This document shows, one piece after another, positions 39,985 through 50,599 of a stretch of DNA of 64,000 bases; position 1 is the stretch's first letter, and every line of letters begins with the position of its first letter. The stretch comes from an uncultured Verrucomicrobiae bacterium. GTDB lineage: Bacteria; Verrucomicrobiota; Verrucomicrobiia; Chthoniobacterales; Terrimicrobiaceae. The stretch lies in the NCBI GenBank assembly GCA_963706955.1, contig CAVPOC010000008.1:576001-640000 (forward strand), given 5' to 3'. Both the position numbers and the translations under genes were made by a program. The notes below the pieces were generated by a model. It saw only the letters and a program-made list of their open reading frames with translations, did no database searches and was not told the DNA's origin.

Positions 39985-40811
39985 GCACGGTCGCCATTCT
40001 TGGCCCCGGCCTGATTGGCGGTTCGCTCGCGCTGGCGCTGCAATGGCGGCGCCCAAACTGGAACCTTCGAGTGTGGGCGCGCTCACCACAGTCGACGGAA
40101 AACGCCCGCAAGTTTTTCCCGACGGTCTCCTCGGATGCGGCCGAGGTGGTCTCGGGTAGCGATATTTGCGTCTTGTGCACGCCGATTGGCGCGATGCCCG
40201 AGCTTGCCCGTCAACTGGCTCCGCTGCTTGCCCCAACGGCGACCGTCACGGATGTAGGCAGTGTCAAAGCGGGAATAGTTAGACAATTGGAAGCAATCTT
40301 GGGCAGCCGATTCGTCGGCTCCCATCCGATGGCTGGCTCTGAGCAAAGTGGCCTCGGCGCTGCCAGAGCAAATCTTTTTGAGGGCGCAGTTTGCATCCTC
40401 ACTCCGACGGGAAACTCGGCGCCCGACAAGATCCAAGCGCTTCGCGACCTGTGGGAATCTGTTGGATGTCGGATCGTTGAAATGACGCCGCAGGACCACG
40501 ACGAACGGATCGCCTGCGTAAGTCATCTGCCGCACGCGATTGCGGCGACCCTCGTGAATGCCGTTCACCTGCGAATTCCGGATGTCGACTGCATCGCCGG
40601 AGGCGGATACCGCGATACAACCCGCATCGCCGCGGGGCCAGCCGCCATGTGGCGGGAGATTCTTCTTGAAAACCGCACGGCTTTGCTGGCGGGATTGGAG
40701 GACTTTACTTCCACGCTCGAGAAGATGAAGGAACTGATCCACCGGGCCGATTCCGCAGAGTTGGAGTTGTTCCTTGAGCGCGCCCGGGCAATTCGCCAGG
40801 ATCTGCCATGA
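39981..40811 (+). CDS. tyrA: Prephenate/arogenate dehydrogenase; probable CTG start
   Basis: In-frame [12 protein letters not shown]ossmann motif upstream of the called start; TDVGSVK, HPMAGSE, SHLPH, DTTRIA. Confidence 0.92.
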   Translation: MSTVAILGPGLIGGSLALALQWRRPNWNLRVWARSPQSTENARKFFPTVSSDAAEVVSGSDICVLCTPIGAMPELARQLAPLLAPTATVTDVGSVKAGIVRQLEAILGSRFVGSHPMAGSEQSGLGAARANLFEGAVCILTPTGNSAPDKIQALRDLWESVGCRIVEMTPQDHDERIACVSHLPHAIAATLVNAVHLRIPDVDCIAGGGYRDTTRIAAGPAAMWREILLENRTALLAGLEDFTSTLEKMKELIHRADSAELELFLERARAIRQDLP

Positions 40812-42214
40812 GCTCGGATGTATTGCGCGTCAGACGGGCACCACGGCTGGAAACCGAAATTGTGGTGCCCGGCGACAAGAGCATATCCCATCGAGCCATC
40901 ATGCTCGCCGCGCTCTCCAACGGCGTTTGCAAGATCACGAATTTTCTCGAAGGAGAGGATTGTCTCAGCACCATCAAGGCGTTCCAACAACTGGGCGTAA
41001 CCATCGAGCGTCCTGACACGGGACTTGTAGTGGTTTACGGGTCTCACGGAAAACTCATCGCCTCAGAAGGCGACATCGATTGCGGAAATTCCGGGACGAC
41101 AATGCGACTCCTTTCCGGAATCCTTGCTGCGCAGCCCTTTGCCACTCGGCTTATTGGCGACGATTCCCTTTCCAAGCGGCCGATGCGCAGAGTTGTCGAA
41201 CCACTCACCCAAATGGGGGCAAGCATCACCGCGCTTGGAGCGAACGATTGTGCCCCCCTTGTCATCCGTGGGGCGCCACTGCACGGTATCACCTACAGCC
41301 CGCCGATAGCCAGCGCTCAAGTCAAGAGCGCAATTCTCTTCGCCGGTCTTTACGCAGACGGGGTCACGACGGTGGTCGAGCCGTTTCCAAGTCGCGATCA
41401 TACCGAACGCATGCTCGAGTATTTTCTCGTCAAGCTTCGGCGAGAAGAAGTCCGGACCGAGCGGAGCCGGAAATCGCAGGAATACCGCGTCTCCATGCTC
41501 GGTCAGCAACAGATCGAATCGCGGGATTTTGTAGTGCCGGGTGATATCTCGAGCGCCGCATTCTGGTTGGTGACCGCCGCCTGCCAGCCTGGTTCTCGCC
41601 TGCTCGTAAAGAACGTCGGACTAAATCCTACTCGAACCGGGATCCTCGACGTGCTGGTCCGAATGGGTGCTCGTGTCCGAGAGGTCGTCGAGAGCGTCGA
41701 GGAAGGAGAGCCCTCCGGTATCATTGACATCAAGGGGGATTCACTCACCGGAACAGTCATCGAAGGCAGCGAGGTGCCAAACGTTATCGACGAGCTACCG
41801 ATCTTGGCTGTCGCCGGCGCACTGGCGCAGGGGAGGACAATCATTCGAGATGCGAAGGAGCTCAGGGTTAAGGAGACGGACCGTATCGCCGCCATCGCCG
41901 AAAATCTGCGGGCGATGGGTGTGGAAGTTCAGGAGGCTGACGATGGCATGACAATCTATGGCGGCGGCAAACTCAGTGGGGCTACCTTGCCGAGCTTTGG
42001 TGATCACCGGATTGCCATGGCCTTCGCGATCGCGGGTCTTTTTGCCACGGGTTCCACCATCATCGAAGATGTCGGTTGCATCCGGACATCCTATCCGCAG
42101 TTCGAGTCGATTTTGATGCATCTCCAAAGAGGAGATCGCACGCTCCGACATCCAACGCCGGTGATTTCCTCGCTCGTCGGAAAGCGGCGAACGTTCCGAT
42201 CTTTCCTGAAGTGA
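40808..42214 (+). CDS. aroA: 3-phosphoshikimate 1-carboxyvinyltransferase (EPSP synthase)
   Basis: PGDKSISHR, GNSGTTMRL, SAQVKSA, RDHTERML, KETDRI, DHRIAM. Confidence 0.97.
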   Translation: MSSDVLRVRRAPRLETEIVVPGDKSISHRAIMLAALSNGVCKITNFLEGEDCLSTIKAFQQLGVTIERPDTGLVVVYGSHGKLIASEGDIDCGNSGTTMRLLSGILAAQPFATRLIGDDSLSKRPMRRVVEPLTQMGASITALGANDCAPLVIRGAPLHGITYSPPIASAQVKSAILFAGLYADGVTTVVEPFPSRDHTERMLEYFLVKLRREEVRTERSRKSQEYRVSMLGQQQIESRDFVVPGDISSAAFWLVTAACQPGSRLLVKNVGLNPTRTGILDVLVRMGARVREVVESVEEGEPSGIIDIKGDSLTGTVIEGSEVPNVIDELPILAVAGALAQGRTIIRDAKELRVKETDRIAAIAENLRAMGVEVQEADDGMTIYGGGKLSGATLPSFGDHRIAMAFAIAGLFATGSTIIEDVGCIRTSYPQFESILMHLQRGDRTLRHPTPVISSLVGKRRTFRSFLK

Positions 42215-42861
42215 AGATTGTCGTCGCGATCGACGGTCCAGCCGCTTCAGGAAAGAGCAGCGTTGCGAGAAGGGTTTCCAAGCGGCTCGGGATCTCTTAC
42301 ATCGATTCCGGCGCGTTCTATCGTGCGATCACCTGGTGGGTGTTGCGCGCCAACACGGATCCGGCGGCGGTGCATGATGTCTCGGCGATCGTCGCCGAAA
42401 GCCAACTCGAGTCGGGATTCGAAGGCGACGAGGGGTACCTCCGGATCGGAGAGACTGATCCGCGGACGCACCTTCGCGACGAGGATGTTAATCGCGCGGT
42501 TTCTCCAGTCTCGATTGTTCCCTCGGTGCGAGAATGCCTGACGAGTCATTTGCGCCAGCTTGCCGAGCTGCGCGATGTGGTAGTCGTAGGACGTGATATT
42601 GGATCGGTGGTTTTTCCGGATACACCTTTCAAGTTCTACATTGATGCATCCCCACACGTCCGCCAGCAGCGACGGAGCGCCGAAGGCCAAGACGATGAAA
42701 TTGCCACGCGCGATCGCATCGACTCAGGGAGAGCGACCGCTCCCTTAACGATCCCGCGCGGCGCGATTGTTATCGACACCACCCACTTGAGTGTCGACGA
42801 GGTGGTGGATGAGATGATCCATCAGCTGAACGCGAGAGGACTGGCCATCGCGCAGCCATGA
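42211..42861 (+). CDS. cmk: Cytidylate kinase
   Basis: AIDGPAASGKSS, DSGAFYRA, GRDIGSVVFPD; GTGA overlap with aroA. Confidence 0.95.
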   Translation: MKIVVAIDGPAASGKSSVARRVSKRLGISYIDSGAFYRAITWWVLRANTDPAAVHDVSAIVAESQLESGFEGDEGYLRIGETDPRTHLRDEDVNRAVSPVSIVPSVRECLTSHLRQLAELRDVVVVGRDIGSVVFPDTPFKFYIDASPHVRQQRRSAEGQDDEIATRDRIDSGRATAPLTIPRGAIVIDTTHLSVDEVVDEMIHQLNARGLAIAQP

Positions 42862-43475
42862 GTCTCGTTTACAATATCTTTTACAACCTGGCGAAGCTCT
42901 TCGCCCGATGCTTTTTCTCGATGCAGGTCGTCCACCCCGAACGGATGATCGAGGAGGGACCGCTCATCCTCGCGGTCAATCACTCCAGCTTCTTCGATCC
43001 GCCTCTGGCTGGGATTTGTTCACGCCGCGCCGTCTACTATCTGGCACGCAAGAATTTGCTGGAATGGCCGCTGCTCGGACCCCTCTTTCCCTCAATGAAT
43101 GTCATCCCGGTCGAGCGGGAAGGTAACGATATGTCGGCCTTGCGCGAGGTCATCAAAAAGATTCGAGAGGGGAATGGCGTACTACTTTTTCCGGAGGGCA
43201 CCCGTTCAAAGGATGGAAACTTACAACCGGCGCGGGCTGGCATTGGGCTCGTCATCTCCAAGACGCTGGCTCCGGTCATGCCGATGCGCATCTTCGGCGC
43301 ATACCAGGCATTTCCCAAGGGCTCGCGCGCCCTGAATCTGACGAAGATTACGGTGGTGATTGGAGAGCCGCTCCGCTTCAGCCCGCAAGAAGTTACTCCT
43401 GCCAACCGCGAAACATATCAACGGCTTGGCGATCGGGTGATGACAGCAATCTCTGCGATCGAGATGGAGGGTTAG
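42858..43475 (+). CDS. plsC: 1-acyl-sn-glycerol-3-phosphate acyltransferase
   Basis: NHSSFFD (HX4D) and FPEGTRS. Confidence 0.9.
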   Translation: MSLVYNIFYNLAKLFARCFFSMQVVHPERMIEEGPLILAVNHSSFFDPPLAGICSRRAVYYLARKNLLEWPLLGPLFPSMNVIPVEREGNDMSALREVIKKIREGNGVLLFPEGTRSKDGNLQPARAGIGLVISKTLAPVMPMRIFGAYQAFPKGSRALNLTKITVVIGEPLRFSPQEVTPANRETYQRLGDRVMTAISAIEMEG

Positions 43476-43547
43476 GCACTTGCTGCGTTAAACCATCTAC
43501 TCGGCGCTGAGCGGTTCTCACCGGGAGGAGAGCTGCCGACAAACGCA

Positions 43548-44414
43548 ATGGCCCTTCTCGAGGCAATTGAAACTTACCCGCTGTGTGGAGACGGCGCCAT
43601 CGCGACGCTGCTCCAGGAGCGCGGCGCGGCGGAGGAGGAATGTCTCGAGGCACTCTGCATCTCCCGCCCCGACCTAATCAGAGAGATTCACGCCGACTAT
43701 GTGAAGGGGGGCGCGCACATTATCAGAACCAACACCTTTGGAGCAAATGCCGTCCAATTGCGACGGCATGGACTTTCCGACCGCGTGAATGAAATTAACT
43801 GGCAGGCGGCCCAACTGGCCAGACAGGCTGCCAAGGGAGCTTTCGTGGCAGGCAGCGTTGGTCCGCTGGGGATTTCTTCCTCCGAAGCCGAGCACGAAGG
43901 TATGGATCGCGAGGAGTGTTTTCGGACGCAGATCGGGGCGCTGCTCGAAGGGGGAGTCGATTTGATCTTCCTCCAAACATTTCAAGACGTCGACGAGCTG
44001 CTCGTCGCCCTGCATGTCAAGCAGTCGCTCCATCACTGTCCGGCGATTTGCTCGTTCGCGGCAAGTGACGGCGACCTGCTTCCTGGCAGCGTCCCTCTGA
44101 AAGTCGCCTTCGAAAAGTTGGTTCGCCACGATGCCGAGATTCTTGGTGTCGATTGCATTAATGGTGCTGAGGTCGCCTTGAGGTTTGTGGAGAAACTGGT
44201 GCCGTCGGAGCTACCTTTGGCGATCTACCCAAATGCGAGCGCGCCGGGGTATTTTCATGGTCGCTACGGCTCTGACTTATCGCCGGCAGCGTTCGCTCAA
44301 ATGGGCCTCGCTCTGGCGCAAAGCGGCGTAGCCATTATTGGTGGATGTTGCGGGACCACGCCAGCCCACATCGCTGCTCTGAGCAGGGCCTTGGCTGACG
44401 CACGCGACGACTGA
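43548..44414 (+). CDS. Homocysteine S-methyltransferase domain protein (stand-alone)
   Basis: DGAIATLL, TNTFGAN, VAGSVGP, GVDC, YPNA, GGCCGTTPAHI zinc ligands. Confidence 0.88.
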   Translation: MALLEAIETYPLCGDGAIATLLQERGAAEEECLEALCISRPDLIREIHADYVKGGAHIIRTNTFGANAVQLRRHGLSDRVNEINWQAAQLARQAAKGAFVAGSVGPLGISSSEAEHEGMDREECFRTQIGALLEGGVDLIFLQTFQDVDELLVALHVKQSLHHCPAICSFAASDGDLLPGSVPLKVAFEKLVRHDAEILGVDCINGAEVALRFVEKLVPSELPLAIYPNASAPGYFHGRYGSDLSPAAFAQMGLALAQSGVAIIGGCCGTTPAHIAALSRALADARDD

Positions 44415-44505
44415 TCCCCCCAACGTGAAAATGGTATAGGCGAACTTGGACGAATCGAAGGGGCGCTTGGCGCAAGTGCCTCCACAAAATTTAAATCCGT
44501 CGAAT

Positions 44506-45540
44506 TTACCCTTTCGATGCGACGTCCACCAGGCCAAGTCCCGGACGATCTGAAAGCACCAATCGGTCTCCGTGAATGCCGAAACCGATCATCGGCGCCG
44601 CCGGGATTGCCTCCGGGGGATCGATGTCCAGCCAATCAGCCAGGGGCGCCAGTTGCGCGGCGGCAGTGCGCGCAATTCCAGTCTCGACCATGACGCCTAC
44701 CATCACCATCATACCAAGCTCGCGAGCCAGCGAAATCCAATCGAGTGCGGCCCCGAAACTACCGGCCTTGAGAAGCTTTACATTCGCGCCATCGACTAGG
44801 CCCCGCAGCCTCGCAAGATCCTGCTGCTCTTGCAGGGATTCATCAGCGATAAGCGGAGAAATCCTTCCCTGAGCCATTCGGGTTCGAAGCTCCCGCCATT
44901 CTTCGATTCCTCGACCGACTGGCTGCTCGACGAAAGCAATGTTCAGCTCGCCAAGTTTAGGAAGAATTTGTGCCGCCTGGACGGGCGTCCATCCCCCATT
45001 GACGTCGAGGCCAAGACGAATATTCCGCGCAACGGCAAGGCGAATGCATCGGCTATCCCACGCAAGGTCTCCGCTGCCGGTCTTCAGCTTGATAGAGGTC
45101 GAGTTGTGTGAAATGGCCTCATCGAGCAGCTCGCAAAGTTCGTGCTCGCTGCTGGCCATGGAAACAGTTCTCCAGCATGCGGGAATCGCGGCGGGGTTCA
45201 ATCCCCATAGCTGCCATAATGGCTTCCCGACCTTCCGAGCTTTTAAATCTTGCAGAGCAATGTCGAGCGCAACATGCCCGGCCGCAGCTTCTGCTGGAGC
45301 CCCGCAGGCGCACTCCCTTTCCCACGCAGCAAGATCGCCCTTTCGCCCAATCGAGTTCAGCCAGCTCAGTGAAGCTTCCGCCGTTGAAGGATAGTATGGT
45401 GGCAAAGCCCCTTCGCCATGAGCCTCGATACCTTCGGCATGGATGTGGACCAGGATGGTTTCTCGCGTCTGGCTTGAACCGTGCGCAATACGGAAGGGTC
45501 GTGGAAGCTTGATGGTGAATTGTTCGGCCTCGAGTTTCAT
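44506..45540 (-). CDS. Dipeptide epimerase (enolase superfamily)
   Basis: PFRIAHG, KLK, LDVNGGW, EQP, ADES, NVKLLKAG. Confidence 0.85.
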   Translation of the reverse strand: MKLEAEQFTIKLPRPFRIAHGSSQTRETILVHIHAEGIEAHGEGALPPYYPSTAEASLSWLNSIGRKGDLAAWERECACGAPAEAAAGHVALDIALQDLKARKVGKPLWQLWGLNPAAIPACWRTVSMASSEHELCELLDEAISHNSTSIKLKTGSGDLAWDSRCIRLAVARNIRLGLDVNGGWTPVQAAQILPKLGELNIAFVEQPVGRGIEEWRELRTRMAQGRISPLIADESLQEQQDLARLRGLVDGANVKLLKAGSFGAALDWISLARELGMMVMVGVMVETGIARTAAAQLAPLADWLDIDPPEAIPAAPMIGFGIHGDRLVLSDRPGLGLVDVASKG

Positions 45541-46772
45541 CGACGCGCGAGCTCGCGTATCGCTGCGACATTGACGGCGCCCATCTCGAGAAATGAAGAC
45601 ACGACCACACACTCGGGCAGTTTCGAGCCATCGGGATTGCGCTCCGAGGAATGCCCGTTCAAGCCAAAGGGTCCGAGCCCGTCCAAGGTAGACACAAAGC
45701 GGGACAGATAGTTTCCGTCGCTCAGGCCACCGCGGGGCTCAGCCCGCAGCGGCAGTCGAAGCGTGTGCGCCGTCTGCATCCAGAGCTCGATCAAATCGTC
45801 GGTCTTGGCGCTCTGCGGCCAGGCAGGATTTCGATTCAGCAACTCAACTTTCACCCGACAAGCGTAGCCGTCGCTGACGGCACGGACAGAAGCGGGCTCA
45901 CCCTCCAAAGCAAACATCGCATCAATCGCGGCCTGAAGAATCGCCTCATCGAACGCGCGAATGTTGACTCCGCATTCTGCGAAGTGTGGCACCCGATTGA
46001 CGGGGCCGCCTCCCTTGATGGATCCGACGTTCACCGTCAGCTCTCGCGAATAGTCGGTTAAGTGCGTTATCCGATCGATCACTTGCGCGATTTCGACGAT
46101 CGCGTTCGCGCCCTCACGATGCCGGCTTCCGGCATGGGCACCCCGACCTTCCACGTAGACGCGCATGTTGGCGGATCCCTTGCGGCAACGCACCAGGCTC
46201 ATTCCTCCGCCTGAACCACCGCACGCTTCAAAGACCAACGCTGCGCGGCATTCACGTGGCATCCGCGCGCGGCATAATTGCGGGAAATCGCGCACCAGTT
46301 CTTCTTCCGCGGCATTAGCCGCAATCTGCCACGAGAGACTCTCAAAGACTTCCGGCGCGAAGTTGCGCAAGGCAGAGAGGACAAGCCAGATCATCACCGT
46401 GCCGCCCTTGTTGTCGTTGACTCCGGGACCGTAAATGCGTCCGTCTTCAACCTGCCAGCTGAAGCCGTGCCTTTTCTCCTCCTCTTCCGGATACACGGTA
46501 TCCAGGTGAGTTACTAGCATCACCCCGGTTCTGCCGTTTCCGGAACGCCGAAGGAACTGGTGATCCCCAAAGCGCGGATTCTCCGCCGGGACACGCTCCT
46601 CCGCGAACCCCAGCTCTCGAAACTGTGCCGCCACGAGCTCCGCGTTGCGAAGCACGCCAGCCCGGTTGCCCGTGAAGCTATTCACTGCCACCAATCTCTC
46701 GAGAAACTTCAGGGCTTCCGGGAGATGGCGCTCGACTATCGATCGTAACGCAGCGAACTCTTCGACGTGCAC
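45537..46772 (-). CDS. M20-family metallopeptidase (glutamate carboxypeptidase-like)
   Basis: HLDTV, GPGVNDNKGG, EEE, GRGAHAG, GGLSDGN, DGLGP...HS. Confidence 0.9.
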   Translation of the reverse strand: MHVEEFAALRSIVERHLPEALKFLERLVAVNSFTGNRAGVLRNAELVAAQFRELGFAEERVPAENPRFGDHQFLRRSGNGRTGVMLVTHLDTVYPEEEEKRHGFSWQVEDGRIYGPGVNDNKGGTVMIWLVLSALRNFAPEVFESLSWQIAANAAEEELVRDFPQLCRARMPRECRAALVFEACGGSGGGMSLVRCRKGSANMRVYVEGRGAHAGSRHREGANAIVEIAQVIDRITHLTDYSRELTVNVGSIKGGGPVNRVPHFAECGVNIRAFDEAILQAAIDAMFALEGEPASVRAVSDGYACRVKVELLNRNPAWPQSAKTDDLIELWMQTAHTLRLPLRAEPRGGLSDGNYLSRFVSTLDGLGPFGLNGHSSERNPDGSKLPECVVVSSFLEMGAVNVAAIRELARR

Positions 46773-46821
46773 GAACTTTGATTGCCGGCAGCCGATTGGG
46801 TGCTACCGACGACCAACGGAC

Positions 46822-47082
46822 TCAAGTGGGTTTGAGAGCACGGTTGAGCGCACTCTTTCGTCGGTCAGCGCTATTCTTGTGAATGATCCCGCGTTTCGCC
46901 GCCCTATCAAGTGCCGCCGTAATCTTGGCAAACTCCGATTTTGCCTCATCGAGTTTCCCTGCCGCGACCGCGGCACGAACTTTCTTCTGTCCCGATTTGA
47001 GCGTACTGATCACGCTGGTATTGCGTGCCCGGCGGGTGACGCCTTGGCGCGCGCGTTTGGCTGCAGATTTGATGTTTGCCAT
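46822..47082 (-). CDS. rpsT: 30S ribosomal protein S20
   Basis: MANIKSAAKRARQ...LDRAAKRGIIHKNSADRRKS. Confidence 0.97.
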   Translation of the reverse strand: MANIKSAAKRARQGVTRRARNTSVISTLKSGQKKVRAAVAAGKLDEAKSEFAKITAALDRAAKRGIIHKNSADRRKSALNRALKPT

Positions 47083-47139
47083 GGAGTAAAGTGGAAGTTG
47101 AGGATGCGAAAGTCGAGCAAGATTCGTGGTTGCGGCAAG

Positions 47140-47211
47140 TGCCAGAGGAGGGATTTGAACCCCCGACCAAGGGCTTATGAGTCCCCTGCTCTACCTCTGA
47201 GCTACTCTGGC
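47140..47211 (-). tRNA. tRNA with CAT anticodon (elongator Met or Ile2; not initiator)
   Basis: GCCAGAG/CTCTGGC acceptor with paired 1-72, CTCATAA loop, GGTTCAAATCC T arm. Confidence 0.93.
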
Positions 47212-47599
47212 AAGTTATTCAAAGTCAATGTATAAAGCCTCGTATGTTTGCTGTCGCTCACCGCGCAAAGGTCGATGATCCGCGCCAGACCGGCCACCTC
47301 GCGCAGTTTATTGCCGCATGCGGTTCCCGCAACAGGAAACTTAGTGCATCTCGGCCAGCGTTCCCGAGCGATCCTCTATTCTGAGTTTCGAACGCCGCGA
47401 GCCATGAGCCAAGTAGATGCACGCCAGAATGACCTTCCAGCGGAAATCGACGCCTTGTCGGCTCCACCTCCACCGGTGGTTGGCACAACCGCCTTTACAG
47501 ACTTTTCGAATTCACGCAGCGGTTCTTAGTTTAAGACGCCTTTCAACGTAACGCAGAAGTGTCACTCTTTGGACATTGTTCGTGTATCCTGCCTGATCG

Positions 47600-47992
47600 A
47601 TGTTTCTTTCGCTCGACTACCTCTATGTGCCGGCCCCCAACATTGACGCCGCAGTAGGTTATTACACCGAACAACTCGGCGGCGAACTCGTTTGGAAGAT
47701 CCATGCGTTCGACACGTGGGTCGCTGCGGTCCGACTCTCTGCAAGCGGGCCGATGGTGTTGCTCGCCGCTCATCTCCACGGGAACACTCCCATTTTGATC
47801 TATCGTGTCGAGCACCTTGAAAGCACTGTCGCTGCGCTGCACGCTCGGGGCTGGAGAGCGGAAAGCGGCCCATTCGAAATTCCCGACGGGCCGTGCTACA
47901 CGTTTCGTGATCCAGAAGGCCTTCGATTGGCCATCTACGAAAATCAGCGTCCGGATGTCGCCAAGCAGTTCGTCGGCCGCATCGACCGCTAG
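47600..47992 (+). CDS. VOC/glyoxalase-family protein
   Basis: IDAAVGYYTEQLG, IYRVEHLE, GPFEIPDG, FRDPEG. Confidence 0.85.
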   Translation: MFLSLDYLYVPAPNIDAAVGYYTEQLGGELVWKIHAFDTWVAAVRLSASGPMVLLAAHLHGNTPILIYRVEHLESTVAALHARGWRAESGPFEIPDGPCYTFRDPEGLRLAIYENQRPDVAKQFVGRIDR

Positions 47993-48086
47993 AATTGAAG
48001 CCGAGAGCAAGTCTCGCTTAGCAAAGCAGGCACCGGCCAGCAGAAGTTTATTGTCTAAGCCCTAATGTGAGTGCTTCACACTGACC

Positions 48087-49169
48087 TCACTCGTGAACCA
48101 AAGCACCATCTCCGATCAGGCACTTGTAGGCTTTTCCATCATGGCCCGTTCTCTCGAAGTACTCGGCTTCCACTGACTTGGCGATGTCGTCAATCGCACT
48201 CAAGGAGACCAGCGCGACGATAGCGCCACCGAAGCCTCCGCCGGTAAGCCGCGCGCCGTAGACGCCCTCCCGGGCGCAGGAGATTTCCACGAGGGCATCG
48301 AGCTCCGGGGTGCTGTTCTCGAAGTTTTCTATCGAGCTACGATGCGACTCTCGCATCAGCTTGCCCAGAGCGACCACGTCATGGCGCTTGAGATGGTCGA
48401 CCGCCTGAAAAACGCGTTCATTCTCGCCGATGATATGTGCGGCGCGGCGCTTGACTAAGGCCGGCATCACGGCCGCCGCGAGTTGCTCGCTCGTCGCGTC
48501 ACGCAGGGCGCGAACTCCCAGAATCTCGGCAGCCTCGAAACACTGATCACGACGTTCATTGTACTCTCCCCCGGAGAGGGCATGCTTGACACCAGAATGG
48601 ACAACCAACAGTCCAACCTCAGGAGGAAACGGCAAGGTTTCGACGGTCTCCGCGCGGCAATCCAGAAAAATGGCGTGATCCTTTTCCCCGAAGATGGACG
48701 ATACCTGGTCCAGCAAGCCGCAACTAACGCCGACATATTCGTTCTCCGCCTTGCGGCAGAGTCTGGCCAGATCAATGGGCGGCACCTGAAAATTAAAGAG
48801 CCGTGTCAAGAGCACAGCCATGCTCACTTCGATAGCGGCCGAACTCGAAAGCCCTGCCCCGAGAGGGAGATTGCTGGAGAAATTCGCCTCGAATCCGGCA
48901 ACCGGAAAACCATTATCGTGCAGGACTTTTGCCACCCCCAATGGGTAATCCGCCCAACTGTCATTTGGAGCTAAGGTCTCCAAATCAGCGTTAACCACCC
49001 CCGAGAGGCCTTCACTTGTGAGACGGATCTTCTCGTCGTTTCGCGTTCGCCCTCGGGCGGCAATCCCAAGGTTAATAGCCACAGAAAGAACCACGCCACC
49101 GTTGTAGTCAGTGTGGTTGCCAAGAAGCTCGACGCGCCCAGGCGCAAAGGAAGAGGCCGACTGCATCAT
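48087..49169 (-). CDS. galK: Galactokinase
   Basis: APGRVELLGNHTDYN, PLGAGLSSSAA, CGLLDQ, GARLTGGGFGG. Confidence 0.95.
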   Translation of the reverse strand: MMQSASSFAPGRVELLGNHTDYNGGVVLSVAINLGIAARGRTRNDEKIRLTSEGLSGVVNADLETLAPNDSWADYPLGVAKVLHDNGFPVAGFEANFSSNLPLGAGLSSSAAIEVSMAVLLTRLFNFQVPPIDLARLCRKAENEYVGVSCGLLDQVSSIFGEKDHAIFLDCRAETVETLPFPPEVGLLVVHSGVKHALSGGEYNERRDQCFEAAEILGVRALRDATSEQLAAAVMPALVKRRAAHIIGENERVFQAVDHLKRHDVVALGKLMRESHRSSIENFENSTPELDALVEISCAREGVYGARLTGGGFGGAIVALVSLSAIDDIAKSVEAEYFERTGHDGKAYKCLIGDGALVHE

Positions 49170-49267
49170 CTATCCGCTACATGATTCCGCCGATAACGAC
49201 AATAGCGGGATCAAGCTTGCCAATGCCCAACCTTCTGGCAGATTCGATTTAGAAACTTATAAGGGAT

Positions 49268-49702
49268 ATGTCCGAGACAAATAGCGAGCAAACAGGCAAC
49301 GTTGGTAGCGAGCAAACAACCAATTCTCCGCAGGATAAATTGGGCAGCAGCGCCGAGCACGCCAAGCAAGCGCTCAGCGCGGCCACCGAAGCCACCAAGG
49401 CGGTCAGCGAAACCGTCAAAAAACAGGCGCAGTCCGCCTACGAAGTAGGCCGCGAGCACCTGACGGCGGCGGCCAAGGATGTCAGCGAGGCGGCCACGGC
49501 AAAATATGCAGAGCTGCGTGGGCAGGCCAGGACAGTCGCTGATCAATACAAAGGCCGCGCTCAAGGCGCGTTGAGCGATGCTTCCGTGAAGGCTTCCAAT
49601 TTCCAGACCGATGCGGAGAGTTACATCCGGAGTTATCCCCTCAAAGCGATGGGGATCGCCGTCGGAATTGGCTTTGTCCTTGGAGTAATCTTCCGCCGCT
49701 AA
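49268..49702 (+). CDS. DUF883/ElaB/YqjD-family tail-anchored protein
   Basis: Ala/Gln-rich helical body, YIRSYPLKAMGIAVGIGFVLGVIFRR tail. Confidence 0.85.
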   Translation: MSETNSEQTGNVGSEQTTNSPQDKLGSSAEHAKQALSAATEATKAVSETVKKQAQSAYEVGREHLTAAAKDVSEAATAKYAELRGQARTVADQYKGRAQGALSDASVKASNFQTDAESYIRSYPLKAMGIAVGIGFVLGVIFRR

Positions 49703-49714
49703 CCTCTTCACAGG

Positions 49715-50135
49715 ATGGCGGAAACTGTATTACCGCCTTCCGCCGACGAGCGGGAGCCGCCACAAGGCGCTGTGCCTGAGGTCCTTCGATTCGCAGGGAC
49801 CTTTGGGCGACATGTTCAGGGACTGGTTCAGCTCGCCAGCATCGAGAGTAAAGAGGCCGCCATGGTCGGCGTGCGGCTGCTCGCTCTCCTGATCGCGAGC
49901 ATTGTTCTGGCCGTCTTCGGCTACGTGCTCATCCTGCTCTTTATCGCCTTTCTGTTGGCCATTGTCTTTGGCGTATCTTGGCTCTGGATTTCGCTTGGCC
50001 TTGCCCTGCTGCATTTCGCGGGATTGGCGATTTGCGCTTTTCTCGCAATGAAGGTCTCTGCGTTCTCCGTTCTTCAAGGCGACCGCTGCGGAGTTGAAGC
50101 GTGATTTCGAAGCCTTGAAGACTTTCGGATCATGA
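49715..50135 (+). CDS. YqjE-like ('phage holin family') membrane protein, frameshift near 50055
   Basis: LASIESKE and two TMs; shifted frame gives the expected PFFKATAAELKRD ending at a TGA that overlaps the next ATG. Confidence 0.75.
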
Positions 50136-50515
50136 CCAAGGACGAAATTTTGGCCGAACTCTCGAGAAGTCGCGCGGGACTGACCCGGGAATGGGTGGCC
50201 TTGCGCAGGGAATTCGACTTCAAAGCCAAGCTCAACAACATCGTTCGTCGCAAGCCCTACGTTTGGCTCAGCGGCGCAGCGGCTCTCGGTTGGGTGCTGG
50301 CCGGCCCGAAAAGCAAAACGCGCGTCGTCACCAAAGTGATTCAGCCGGATGCTGAGGGCAAACCAGTTGTGGTGAAAGAAAAAGGAAGGCGTCGTGCCGG
50401 CTTGGTCGCCCTTCTTCTCGGCTTGATGCGATTCGCCCTTCCATTCGTCAGGCCTGCGGTGACGGCCTACGCCGGAAAATTCTTCGCCGACATGGCGACG
50501 AAACTTCCAAGGTAA
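50132..50515 (+). CDS. Hypothetical protein (YqjK-like position in the DUF883-YqjE cluster)
   Basis: 127-aa ORF coupled by ATGA; RRKPYVWLSGAAALGW. Confidence 0.65.
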   Translation: MTKDEILAELSRSRAGLTREWVALRREFDFKAKLNNIVRRKPYVWLSGAAALGWVLAGPKSKTRVVTKVIQPDAEGKPVVVKEKGRRRAGLVALLLGLMRFALPFVRPAVTAYAGKFFADMATKLPR

Positions 50516-50599
50516 GTTCGGGGTGGCGGTCCCCGCCGCGCCAGGGCAAGAGGGAAATCGCTTCGGGAGAATCGAAACTTTGTCATTCAGGCGCTATTT

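Noticed and set aside
47404..47529. 41-aa ORF MSQVDARQNDLPAEID...
   Set aside because: No RBS or motif support; cannot be distinguished from a chance ORF.
49715..50135. Phage holin indicating a prophage
   Set aside because: Context is the chromosomal DUF883-YqjE-YqjK-like cluster with no endolysin or phage genes.
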